A stretch of 63,560 nt of DNA, filler included, from Octopus bimaculoides (lineage: Eukaryota): the NCBI RefSeq assembly GCF_001194135.2. It is 4 parts of 4 records of this genome, joined end to end, with 100 filler letters (N's around TTAATTAATTAA, not from the genome) between each part and the next. Parts side by side here need not be neighbours in the genome. Positions count along the whole stretch, not along the records: positions 24,094 to 42,277 come from NC_069000.1; positions 42,378 to 62,033 come from NC_068985.1; 2 more parts are not named here. One strand, written 5' to 3'. The translations under genes were made by a program, and so were the position numbers. The notes under the pieces are model-generated. The model did not search any database. It saw nothing but the letters and a program-made list of their open reading frames with translations, and was not told the DNA's origin. Below are positions 38,440-50,224 of this stretch, in pieces; position 1 is the first letter of the stretch, and every line of letters starts with the position of its first letter.

Positions 38440-38560
38440 CAAAGACAGGTGTATGAACAACAAGCAAGTGTATTAGTTTGACGCTCGGGAAAATTAAAAA
38501 GTCTTTTACGTTTCGAGCCTACGCTCTTCAGCAGAAAGGAATTAGAAAAAATAAACAGAG
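38440..38560 (-). mobile_element. pLTR-like repeat with a hammerhead-like motif (38503-38538)
   Basis: Minus strand: cttt-CTGCTGA-a-GAGC gtag GCTC-GAAA-CGTA-aaag. Confidence 0.65.
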
Positions 38561-38598
38561 AGAGAATGAAAAGAACTTGTAGTTTTAGCGGTCAAGCA

Positions 38599-38634
<36 letters not shown>

Positions 38635-38714
38635 ACGTCTCCTAACTTAGCGGTTGGATAAAAGACAGTGATAGAATAAGTGTTAGTCTAACAAACAAAA
38701 TAAGTACTTGTGAA

Positions 38715-39095
38715 TATGTATGGCTTTAGTGGTTGGGCATTCGACTCGCGATCATTTCGACTCGCGATCATTCGATTCGCGATCATTCGACTCGCGATCA
38801 TTCGACTCACGATCAATAGATCGCGAGATCGATTCTAGGTGGCGCGTTATGTCCTTGAGTAAGACACTTTATCTCACGTTTCTTCAGTCCATTCAGGTGG
38901 CAAAAATAAGGAGTAACTGTTATTCAAAGGGTCAGCCTTGTCACACACTGTGTCACGCTGAATCTCCCTGAGAACTACGTTAAGGGTTCGCGTGTCTGTG
39001 GAGTGTTCAGCCACTTGCACGTTGATTTCACGAGCAGGCTGTTCCGTTGATAGGATCAACTGGAACTCTCATCGTCGTAAGCGACGGAGGGCCAG
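38715..39095 (+). mobile_element. tRNA-derived SINE family C with a 15-bp tandem expansion in its head
   Basis: Head TAGTGGTTGGGCATTCG..GATCGATTCTAGG; body GTCACGCTGAATCTCCCTGAGAACTACGTTAAGGG; homologue at 62700-63062 (-) and a partial older copy at 39170-39300. Confidence 0.8.
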
Positions 39096-39504
39096 TTACG
39101 AATGGAATTGTATAGTTGGAAACTGTACGGAAGCTGTTGAAGAGACTGTACTTTTACACTGAAAAGTCTGCCTTTGTCCTGTACTGTGTCACGCTGATTG
39201 GGCCAACGAATTACGTCATGAATACACGCGTCTGTGGTATACGCAGCCACGTACACATTGATTTAACGAGTAGGTAGGTCGATCGATAGAACCAATTGAA
39301 TGCTTATCGTCGAAATTGATTGCGGATCCTAGCATGTGGCATTTTGAAATTGTGTGTGTGTATATATATGTGTATGCAAATGTGTGTGTGTATGTGTGTG
39401 TATGCGTATGTGTGTGTGTGTGTGTGTGTATTCATTTCGTGAACTCATGTAGGCATATTTATACATACATATGCACACTCACATAAATACGAACGTGCCT
39501 ATAT

Positions 39505-40220
39505 ATGTATGTATGTATGTATGTATGTACGTATGTATGTATGTATGTATGTATGTATGTATGTATGAATGCAGGCATGTATGCGTGTATGCTAACTGAG
39601 CATTTTAGAGAGTATGTATGTATGTATGTTTGTATGCATGTCTGTCTGTCTGTATGTATATATGCACGCATGTATGTATCTATGTATGTATACATGTATG
39701 TGTGTATGTATGCATGTATGTCTATATGTATGCATGTATGTATGTATGTATGTGTGTACGTATATATGTCTATGTATGTATGTATGTATGTATGTATTTA
39801 TGTATGTATGTATGTATGTCTATGTATGTATGTCTCTGTATGNNNNNNNNNNGTATGTATGTATGTATGTGTGTACGTATATATGTCTATGTATGTATGT
39901 ATGTATGTATGTATGTATTTATGTATGTATGTATGTATGTACGAACGTATGTATGCATGTATGTGTGTATGTATGTATGTATGTATGTATGTATGTATGT
40001 AGGTATGTATGTGTGTACGTATGTATATATGTCTATGTATGTATGTATGTATGTGTGTATTTATGTATGTATGTATGTATGTCTATGTATATCTATGTAT
40101 GTATGTATGTATGTATGTGTGTACGTATATATGTCTATGTATGTATGTATGTATGTCTATGAATGTATGTCTATGTATGTATGTCTCTGTATGTCTCTGT
40201 ATGTCTATGTATGTGTATGC
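39505..40220. repeat. (TATG)n-derived array with higher-order units
   Basis: GTGTGTACGTAT..ATGTCTATG recurs near 39750, 39870, 40010 and 40115. Confidence 0.85.
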
Positions 40221-40364
40221 TCACGCACAGATAAGCTCCGTCTCCTCTCATCCGTTTCCCCAGTCAATCTTCTCCGAGAGAACACAAAACTGTTTTCTTC
40301 TGCTGAACGAAAACGACGAAAACAAAGCTCCAAGGATTTTTACGAAAGCAAAAGAGGAGGAGGA

Positions 40365-40382
40365 GGAGGAGGAGGCTTTCAT

Positions 40383-40415
<33 letters not shown>

Positions 40416-40762
40416 TCCATCGTCTGCGTCATCGTTATCTTCGTTGTCGCCATCACCATCGTTGTCATCATCGTCGTCGTCGTCAACGATGTCGCTGTCG
40501 TCGTCATCATCATCACTGTCATCACCGTCATAGGTGCATTAATTCTTCTTCTTCTTCTTCTTCTTCTTCTTCTCTCTTTCTTTTTCTTTGTTCTTTTTCT
40601 TCTTTCTTTGTTCTTTTTCTTCTTTCTTTCGTTCTTTCTTCTTTCCCACCTTCCTCCTCATCCTCCTCTTCATCCTCATGTCTTCTTTCTTTCTTTCTTT
40701 TCCTCCTCTTCCTCCTCATCACCACCATCATCGTCATCATCATCGTCATCATCATCATCATC

Positions 40763-40819
<57 letters not shown>

Positions 40820-40890
40820 GTCGTCGTCATCATCACCATCATTATCATCATCATCATCATCATCATCGTCGTCATCATCATCATCATCAG
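40365..40890. repeat. Compound (GGA)/(CAT)/(CTT)/(CAT) low-complexity tract
   Basis: Direct reading. Confidence 0.9.
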
Positions 40891-41301
40891 TTGCTGCTGA
40901 ACTTCTTAATCATTTGTAGTATTCTCATCTATTTGTTTCCATTTTTTCTTTTGCCTTTTTTTCTTACCCCCTCCCCCCACCCCCACCACCAAAAGAGCAG
41001 CTTCTCAGTACATCACCGTCAGTGTTACTTCTTTATCGTCTGCTGTTTTTCTGATGCTTTGCTCTTACTGCTGCTGCTACTGCTGCTGCTGCTACTGCTG
41101 TGTTTGCTGTGACCGTTTCTGCTTCAGAATTGTCAAACCAGCATTGTTCTGGTGTTAAGGTTCCCAGCAATATCCTGTCCCCCTTTCGTTTTCCATTAAG
41201 GCTTCAATATGCAATTGCACTGCAATATATCGGTTGTCAGATTTTCTTCTTCCTGGTATTCCACCCTCTCTCTCTCCCCATCCTTATCTATCTATCTATC
41301 G

Positions 41302-41359
<58 letters not shown>

Positions 41360-42070
41360 TTATCTATCTATCCGTCTATCTATCCATCTATCCATCCATC
41401 CATCCATTCATCCATCCATCCATCCATCCATCTATCCACCTGGTCGCTCGTAAGCCCGCCCGCCCGTCCGTCTGTCTAATTTAATTTTATTAATCTGCTT
41501 TATATTTTCCATTATTGATGTTAGAACTTCATTCATGTTGCATGTCTTGCCAGCATCTTTGCAACATGCATACCATATGTATACTCACGCATATACACTA
41601 TATATATGATACAATGATATCAAACCAATGTAAAACATGCTATCTTAAAGATAGCGTGGTCGCACTAATATACATACATACATACATACATACATACATA
41701 CATACATGTATGTATGTATGTATGTGACAATAGAAAGAAATCTGCGTGCATTAAGTTAATAATTCCTGGAGATATCGAATTGAACGAATTGAATTGACGC
41801 AAGAAAATCTATGTCACAGATTTTACTCAGCTGGCGATTTGGAAGACTACACGAATGTTTGTATAATGTCAGTCAGTCAGTCAGTTACAATGGCGTATTC
41901 GATGTCCTGTGCTGGTAATAGTTTCCCACTAAGTTGTGTAGAAGGAGGAAAGCTTATGGTGTAAAGCTCGCACGAGAGAAAATCGTCTGCTTGTTTATGT
42001 GTTTGTGTGGGTGTGTGGGTGTCTGTATGTGTGCGTGTGTTTGTGAGATAGACTGACAAATAGATAGATA

Positions 42071-42107
<37 letters not shown>

Positions 42108-42277
42108 ACACACACACACACACATATATATATCCGGCCGTACGGCTTTTGAATGTTGTTTTCACTGTCCATTTTTTCCTGTCTTGGTTTGTGTTTGCCA
42201 CCTTGGAATCCTCTGTGTAGTGGGTTGATCCACTACTCAGGAAGAGACTATTCTAGAGTACGTTCTGTCTTGTCTTC

Positions 42278-42377
42278 NNNNNNNNNNNNNNNNNNNNNNN
42301 NNNNNNNNNNNNNNNNNNNNNTTAATTAATTAANNNNNNNNNNNNNNNNNNNNNNNNNNNNNNNNNNNNNNNNNNNN
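42278..42377. other. Artificial scaffold spacer N44-TTAATTAATTAA-N44
   Basis: Identical 100-bp structure. Confidence 0.95.
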
Positions 42378-42412
<35 letters not shown>

Positions 42413-42988
42413 GTATGTATGTATATGTTGTGTAAGATATGTCAGAGATAGTATAACCTTCTAAGGGATAGAGGCATCCACAGGCACTTCTGGTATTACC
42501 TCAGTATTATGGTCCTTGTTGTAAGGTATACGGTAGTAGGTAATCTAAAAGTAAAACCATGGTTTAATATATATAGTCACGATAAGAAATGGAGCAATTA
42601 ACAGTGAGCAGTGGATGAGTGGTCATTATTTAATATAGATGAGAGTATGCTTACAGCTGTTTCCGTATTTCAAGCTGGGGTAAATTTGTATTTATCTCGT
42701 TACAATTGGACATCATCAGAACAGTTATATGACAAAGGGTAAATATAAGGAAAATATAAGGAAAGGAAAGGAACATTTTCCTTTTTTCCTTTCCTTTACT
42801 TATCTTTTCTTTCTATTTTCTTTCTGTTTAATTTTTGCTATATGACCGTTGTAAAGATGTCTATCAACTGTAACGAGGTAAATACAAATTCACCCAAGCT
42901 GTAAACATACTCTCAGCTTAATTAAATAAAAACTAATGATCCACTCCTCACTATTAATTGCACCATTTCTTACCCTCTCTCTCTCTCT

Positions 42989-43029
<41 letters not shown>

Positions 43030-44208
43030 CACACACACANNNNNNNNNNTATATATATATATATATATGTATTATACATGTGATCACATACGTGCAAAAC
43101 AGGGTCGTAGAATAGTACTCGAATACCAAAGGTGCGTGTGTATGAGTGTGTGAGATGGTTAAGGAAGCATCACTTATATATATCTAACACAGATTACAAA
43201 ACAGCTGTCAATTAATGCATTATACAATCATTCAATCACTTCACTATTGTAATCAGATCAAATTACAAACACACACACACATATCCCCTTCCACACTCGC
43301 AGACACAGGCACCAGAATAGTGTATCATCCCGTCATTGTTCCGTAATACAAAATATTTGTATAATTTTAACACGAAACTCCAATTGATTAACATAAGAAT
43401 TCTCTTTTCTATATGAAACTTATCTTCATGCTTCAATAAATCAGTCGATGGCTTCTATCCTTTTTGGGGATTCCGACTCGAGCAAAATGCTAGCTTTAGC
43501 TGCCCAAGGGAATATTGCTTATAAAGCCATCTCAAGATCTTAAGTAAACAGGATGGAATCATTTGAGTATATTAAGCATTCGCGCCATTTAGTTCAACAA
43601 GTTAATGGTAGATGAACTAGGATTGCGTATAGCTATTTGTGAAGCCTGTACCTTTATGTATCTGGGGAAAATCTTGCTTTGATCGACATAATTAGAAGCA
43701 TCACCCGATCTAATTCGAAATATCCGTTGTGATCTCATCAGCGACTGCCTGTTCTCATTATCTCTCTATAGTGGGAAGCCTTATGAGCCCATCATTATTA
43801 AGTTCTTACGTAAATCTAATACACTGTACAGCATCGTATTAAAACAAAACACTGCTCAGCTATCAATATCAGACATTTATTATTCAAACAAACGATGTGA
43901 TTGGAATGAATAATATATGCAAATCGACCTCTGCGATTTACTTACGCTCTGAATATTAGTTGATGTATAAGCATAGGTTCTGAGAGAAATTAAAGGGGAT
44001 ACATTGCCAACGACACAATCCCATCACGAGATACAAAGTAATCGTAAATATATATCGATCGTTAATCTAAATATCTTATATAACGGCAAATATTTTACGC
44101 AAGTTTATAACAAAGAGTCAGCTGAAATCATCAGCTATATTCTTAAGGTATTATGAAAATGAAAAGAAATAGCATTCACCTTTCTATTATGAAATGTTAA
44201 GAATATAT

Positions 44209-44371
44209 AGGCGCAGGAGTGGTTGTGTAGCAAGTAGCTATCTTACTAACCACATGGTTACGGGTTTAGTCCCACCATGTGACACCGTAGGCAAATGTCT
44301 TCTACTATAGCCTCGCGCTGACCAAAGACTTGTGAGTGGATTTGGTAGACGGAAGCTGAAAGAAACCCGTC

Positions 44372-44431
<60 letters not shown>

Positions 44432-44572
44432 ATGTATGTATGTATACTTGTGTGTCTCTGTTTGTCCCCGTTACTTAGCGGTCCGGCAAAATGGACCGAT
44501 AGAATAAGTTCTAAACTTACAAAAAATAAGTCCTGAGGTCGATTTGTTTGACTAAAGGCAGTGCTCTAACAC
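44209..44572 (+). mobile_element. SINE family B, near full length, with internal (TA)n(TATG)n
   Basis: GGCGCAGGAGTGGTTGTGTAG..CCACATGGTTACGGGTTTAGTCCC..AAACCCGTCG(TA)n..TTAGCGGTCCGGCAAAA..AAAGGCAGTGCTC. Confidence 0.85.
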
Positions 44573-45638
44573 TAAATTCTTCTTAATATTAACTCATCTC
44601 GCCAATTTTATATATCCGTTTAAAAAATTTTTTTTTTATCTATTGCCTTCAACAAAACGGTGTAATACTCTGTACCCCTATACTACATAATAATTTCAAC
44701 AATATTTTGTTATCACATAACTGAAATATTGAAATCCTGCAGAAGGACTGTCTCCAAGTTTGTCACGTTGTAACGTGAAACCTATATGAATAAGCTTTTA
44801 TAAAACATTGTCAAGGAAGTTGACAATGTAAAGTTTATATGTAAATTTTATATAAATTTGAATCCAAATGGTAGAAGCAATTTCTTTACTGAGTCTGTAT
44901 TAAATACTTATCTTGGATAGTTCATATAGGATTTCCTGCTTAAAGCGATTCAGTTGCATTTGGCACAATCTTACATTTAAATTTTCTAAAAGACTTTATT
45001 CTTCTGTACAAATTGCAAATTGGTGGCGTTCTGCCACATTTTATAGTTATATTTGTCAAATGATTTATATCATAATGAATAGTGTACCTAGCTAAAACTC
45101 GGAAAAACAACATATACGAAAGAAATAATAATTCCCAATAAATCTACTGTGCTGTTTCATATTTCCAAACAATTTGCAATTATNNNNNNNNNNNNNNNNN
45201 NNNNNNNNNNNNNNNNNNNNNNNNNNNNNNNNNNNNNNNNNNNNNNNNNNNNNNNNNNNNNNNNNNNNNNNNNNNNNNNNNNNNNNNNNNNNNNNNNNNN
45301 NNNNNNNNNNNNNNNNNNNNNNNNNNNNNNNNNNNNNNNNNNNNNNNNNNNNNNNNNNNNNNNNNNNNNNNNNNNNNNNNNNNNNNNNNNNNNNNNNNNN
45401 NNNNNNNNNNNNNNNNNNNNNNNNNNNNNNNNNNNNNNNNNNNNNNNNNNNNNNNNNNNNNNNNNNNNNNNNNNNNNNNNNNNNNNNNNNNNNNNNNNNN
45501 NNNNNNNNNNNNNNNNNNNNNNNNNNNNNNNNNNNNNNNNNNNNNNNNNNNNNNNNNNNNNNNNNNNNNNNNNNGTCAATTCATCTTTTCTTTTATCACC
45601 CATTCATTTTCTCACACATACGCAAACTAAAATATTCA

Positions 45639-45707
<69 letters not shown>

Positions 45708-46008
45708 TACATACATACATACATACATAATATGTATAGGTCCCATTGTAAGATCTGTTTGGAGATCATGAAAGAGGTGAATTATTCAAGCCCCAAAGAA
45801 TTCCTCTCAAGGCTATGATGCTCCCCCCCCCCTCACTGCACCTGATCAAACTGCTCCTACTTCTGGTCGTGATCAGAGATGCACATATTGTCAACCACCA
45901 AACGACATGCTTAATGACTTTAAACAACTGACAAAGAAAACTGTGCTCTTGAGCTGAATATTTACTGTAGCCCATCTTTATTATTAGTAGTATTGTTATT
46001 ATCGTTAT

Positions 46009-46468
46009 CAAGGCGCCGAGATGGCACAATCGTTAGTATTCCGGGAGAAATGCTTAGCGATATTTCGTCTATATCTATGTTCTGAGTTCAAATTCTGCTG
46101 CGGTAAAATTTACCTTTTATCCTTTCGGGATCAATAAAATAAGTACCAGTTGAATAACCCTACCTGCAAGTTGATGAATTTGCAGCAAAATTTGAAAAAC
46201 ATTGTAATATTATTACTAAGTTTTTATATATTCATTTATTTATTAAGGCAGCGAATGAGCAGAATCGTTAGCACACCGGGAGAAATACTTAGCAGTATTT
46301 CGTCTGTCTTTATGTTCTGAGTTCAAATTCCTCCAAGGTTGACTTAGCTTTTCGTCCTTTCGCAGTCGATAAATTAATTACCAGTGAAATAGTGGGGTCG
46401 ATGGAATTGACTAGTCTTCTGTGCACTAATATCAGGCCTTCTGCCTTTACTAGAAAGTATTACTATAT

Positions 46469-46499
<31 letters not shown>

Positions 46500-46610
46500 T
46501 ACTACTAATATCATTATTGTTATTAAGGTGGTGGATAGTCGAGGTAATCGACTATCCACCAAACGCCCAAATTCCAGGCCTTGTGTCTTTAGTAGAAAAG
46601 GATTCTTACT
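46009..46610 (+). mobile_element. Three head-to-tail SINE family A copies separated by ATT-rich tracts
   Basis: Heads AAGGCGCCGAG (~46010), AAGGCAGCG (~46245) and AAGGTGG (~46525); tails GGCCTT..AGTAGAAAG. Confidence 0.78.
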
Positions 46611-48421
46611 ACTGGCTGTAGCAGTAATAATAAAGGGGCGGTGGTGGAAGAAGAAAAGGAGACGGATGAGGAGGAAATCCGTTAGCTGCAGCATTGCCGG
46701 CAGTGTCATTCAAAACTATGCCCTGTGGTATATTTGTGAATAAGTCCACGTAATAATTAATACAATTTCCAGAGATAATTATAGTTCTCGTCCTAAAACG
46801 CCATTATATAACAGAAGTACAAGTACATTTAACTCTTTTATTATGACGTTTCGTTGCGTTCACTTAAAAAAAACCCCACTGACTTTGCATATAGAATTAA
46901 CGGTTTAGTAATTATATGCTTCATGTTGTCTATCGTAACATGAAGGAAAACCAGTCACAATGATTCCAATCAATTTCACTTCTGACGCTAATGTTGATGC
47001 TAAGGACATTTGAGAGGAGGAAGCAGATGTACATTTCCACACTCAGTATGTAAGGTATGTGTGTGTGTATATATATAAAGGGATGGTTTTATTACAATAC
47101 CTTCACGTGTGGCAAGCGAGTTTATCAGCCGTACAGTCAAATTAATATAACACATACATACAATACAAGACACATACCTTATATTGTGTGTATATAAGTG
47201 TACATATACATATATATATATATATATATATGTATATNNNNNNNNNNGGGATAAACAAATACAACAGCCTCAATCAAATACCGTTGGCACATTAAAGAAT
47301 GCATCGCTGACTAACTGCACAGCAGGTTTTGAAACATAAGAACTTAATATATCTAACTTAAATTTAATGAGGTTGTGTCTTAGACAACCAAGTGACTCAT
47401 CAAATGACTTGAACGTAATAAAAACAAAGTGATAGAAATATAGAGGTAATATGTAAATAAAATCTAATGTTACTAAAATACATACGAAGTTGGATATTAT
47501 TGCAGTAAAAAAGAAGCTGCCTAATTCAACCAACCACAGGTTTAATACATACTGCTTCAGTACGACGAACAGTTGGATTTACATACATGTTAGCAATTAC
47601 TTATGCTTTCACGGTTTGAGATACTGGAAATGTAGTCACATTTAACAATGACATATTCCTCTGTACGTATTTATTGATCGATGTAAGCCGAAACTTAGAA
47701 GTCACACAAAACCTCTTCTTATAAACACTTTAATTAAGAATGTTCCCTGATAAAACGTATTGAGTAATTCTTCAGTTAAATTTGGAAATATTTGTATGTA
47801 TAACTTCGCAAAAAGCATTCATGTGTCTAGTGAAGTAGAGAGAGGAATCGACAGGTAGAAAGATTCTATTTTTGTACATGTGAATGTGTATATGTATTAC
47901 ATACACGTAACCAAATAAATATATGTGTGCGTGTGTGTCTGTATAAACATAGATATATTTATATAGAGTGATATTCTTTAATACGTATACATTACATTTT
48001 CACGGTGACAGAGGGAGACATGTTAGATGCATATATTTATGTGTTTCTATATGTAAGAATACAAATATATCTATATATCTATACCTATATATATAATTAC
48101 ACTTGTAATTTCTTACTACAAGATAACTACTGCAATGTTCTACCGATTCTATGAAACTATCGGCGTAATAAAGTTTCTTCTTTCTAATGTTAGCACAATG
48201 CCAACAATTTGGAGAAGAAAGGTCTTTTCGTCGATTACATTTATTCCAATACTTATCTGATACTTATATTATCGATCTCAAAAGGATGAAAGGCGAAGCT
48301 GATTCGGGCAGAATGTGTAGTTAGGACAGAAAACGAGACAGCTGAAATGCAGGAAAGTCTTGTTTCGGTGATCTAAAAATATTTCTATCTCACCAACAAA
48401 TATAATTTTTTTAATGCGTGA

Positions 48422-48598
48422 TTAAGGTGGAGAGTTGTCTGGATCGTCAACACGATGGGCGAAATGCTTACAGGCATTTCGTCCGTCTTTGCGTTCTGTG
48501 TTCAAATTCCTCCGAGGTCAACTCCACCGTTCGTCCTTTCGGGTCGATAAAATAAGTAGCAGTTCAACACTGGCGTTGATGAAATCGATCTAAACCCT
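48422..48598 (+). mobile_element. SINE family A
   Basis: GGGCGAAATGCTTAC..CGTTCTGTGTTCAAATTCCTCCGAGGTCAAC..GGGTCGATAAAATAAGTAG. Confidence 0.75.
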
Positions 48599-49753
48599 CT
48601 CCTGACGATAATAAACCAATAAAATACTCCAGTTCATGTGACCCATCTGCGGACAAATCTTGACCTCGTACCTAATTCAGAAATTGTGACAAACAATTAC
48701 AATGACTTCTACAACAAGCCAGTGTTTTATTGCAGCAGAGACAATGTATTATGTCGTCCAGAATAAGCCTTCTTCAAGTTTTCATTACACCACATCTGCA
48801 TTATCTCTTCATCATTGGCTTTAAGTAAAATGGCTGTATGATCTAACGAACAACTTGTTTAAGAAAATGACCTCAAGAAAAGCATCTTGCAACTTTGATG
48901 GATGAAACTGATTGCATTGTACTACGAGTGTGAAAATGTGGCAAAACAATTGTTGTGATTTTATACAAACAATGTCTTCTAGGCTGTTTTCTATTCATCT
49001 ATGTATCTATCTATCTATCTATCAATCTATCTTTCTATCTTTGTATCTGTCTGTCTACTGCCTGTTTATCTGTCTGTCTGTTTGTCTCTTTATGTTCTAC
49101 GTGGTCGATCAAGCTGCTATAAATAACAGCCCAAACTGTTCTAAATTACCTTCTACCGTCTTCAAAAGATGCCATGTTGAATGCTGTGTTCAGAAATACA
49201 TTGTTATCTAAATAAAATTTTATAAAAACGATGGACGACTACGGATAATGTACTTCTTGAATCGCACGATTTGCTCGGCTACTTGGGGCTAAAAATGAAG
49301 AAAAATATGAAAATAAAGTGAAATAAGCATCAGACCAGCTTAACCGAATTTGCGAAGTAGAATTAAATAAAGCAAAAACAAATAAAAACTTAATAAGAGA
49401 TACTTTCAGAAATGTTTCGGATTAAAGTAGAGTTAATAAAGCAAAATATGGATAACACGAAGATGAAGAGATGGCTCTATTATTTTTCCTACTGTTTATT
49501 CATCCACAGATTAGAGAGGATAAATAGAATCAATTGCTTGACCTGTCAGTAATCAAAAGTATGAACCAAATTTTGGTTGTCAATAATAAGGAAATAACCG
49601 TCACCAATTAAGATTTGCACGAGGAAAAAAAGAAATAAAATGAAGGAACAGAACTCCAACGAAATCACACGGACATGATTGTGAAAAGCAGCAGTAGTTT
49701 CAGTAAGAACGATTAGTTAATGGAGTGTGAAAATTACAATAACAGTACACACA

Positions 49754-49800
<47 letters not shown>

Positions 49801-50192
49801 NNNNNNNNNNNNNNNNNNNNNNNNNNNNNNNNNNNNNNNNNNNNNNNNNNNNNNNNNNNNNNNNNNNNNNNNNNNNNNNNNNNNNNNNNNNNNNNNNNNN
49901 NNNNNNNNNNNNNNNNNNNNNNNNNNNNNNNNNNNNNNNNNNNNNNNNNNNNNNNNNNNNNNNNNNNNNNNNNNNNNNNNNNNNNNNNNNNNNNNNNNNN
50001 NNNNNNNNNNNNNNNNNNNNNNNNNNNNNNNNNNNNNNNNNNNNNNNNNNNNNNNNNNNNNNNNNNNNNNNNNNNNNNNNNNNNNNNNNNNNNNNNNNNN
50101 NNNNNNNNNNNNNNNNNNNNNNNNNNNNNNNNNNNNNNNNNNNNNNNNTATATATACTTCATACACACACACACATATATATATGCATATAC

Positions 50193-50224
<32 letters not shown>

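Noticed and set aside
38738-38815. CRISPR-like regular repeat
   Set aside because: No spacers, eukaryotic context, no cas genes; it is a tandem expansion inside a SINE.
39505-41112. 433-aa and poly-His/poly-Met ORFs
   Set aside because: Translations of (TATG)n, (CAT)n and (CTT)n repeats that lack stop codons by composition.
43700-43750. Minus-strand CTGATGA...GAAT
   Set aside because: The GAAA box is broken and stems I and III are missing.
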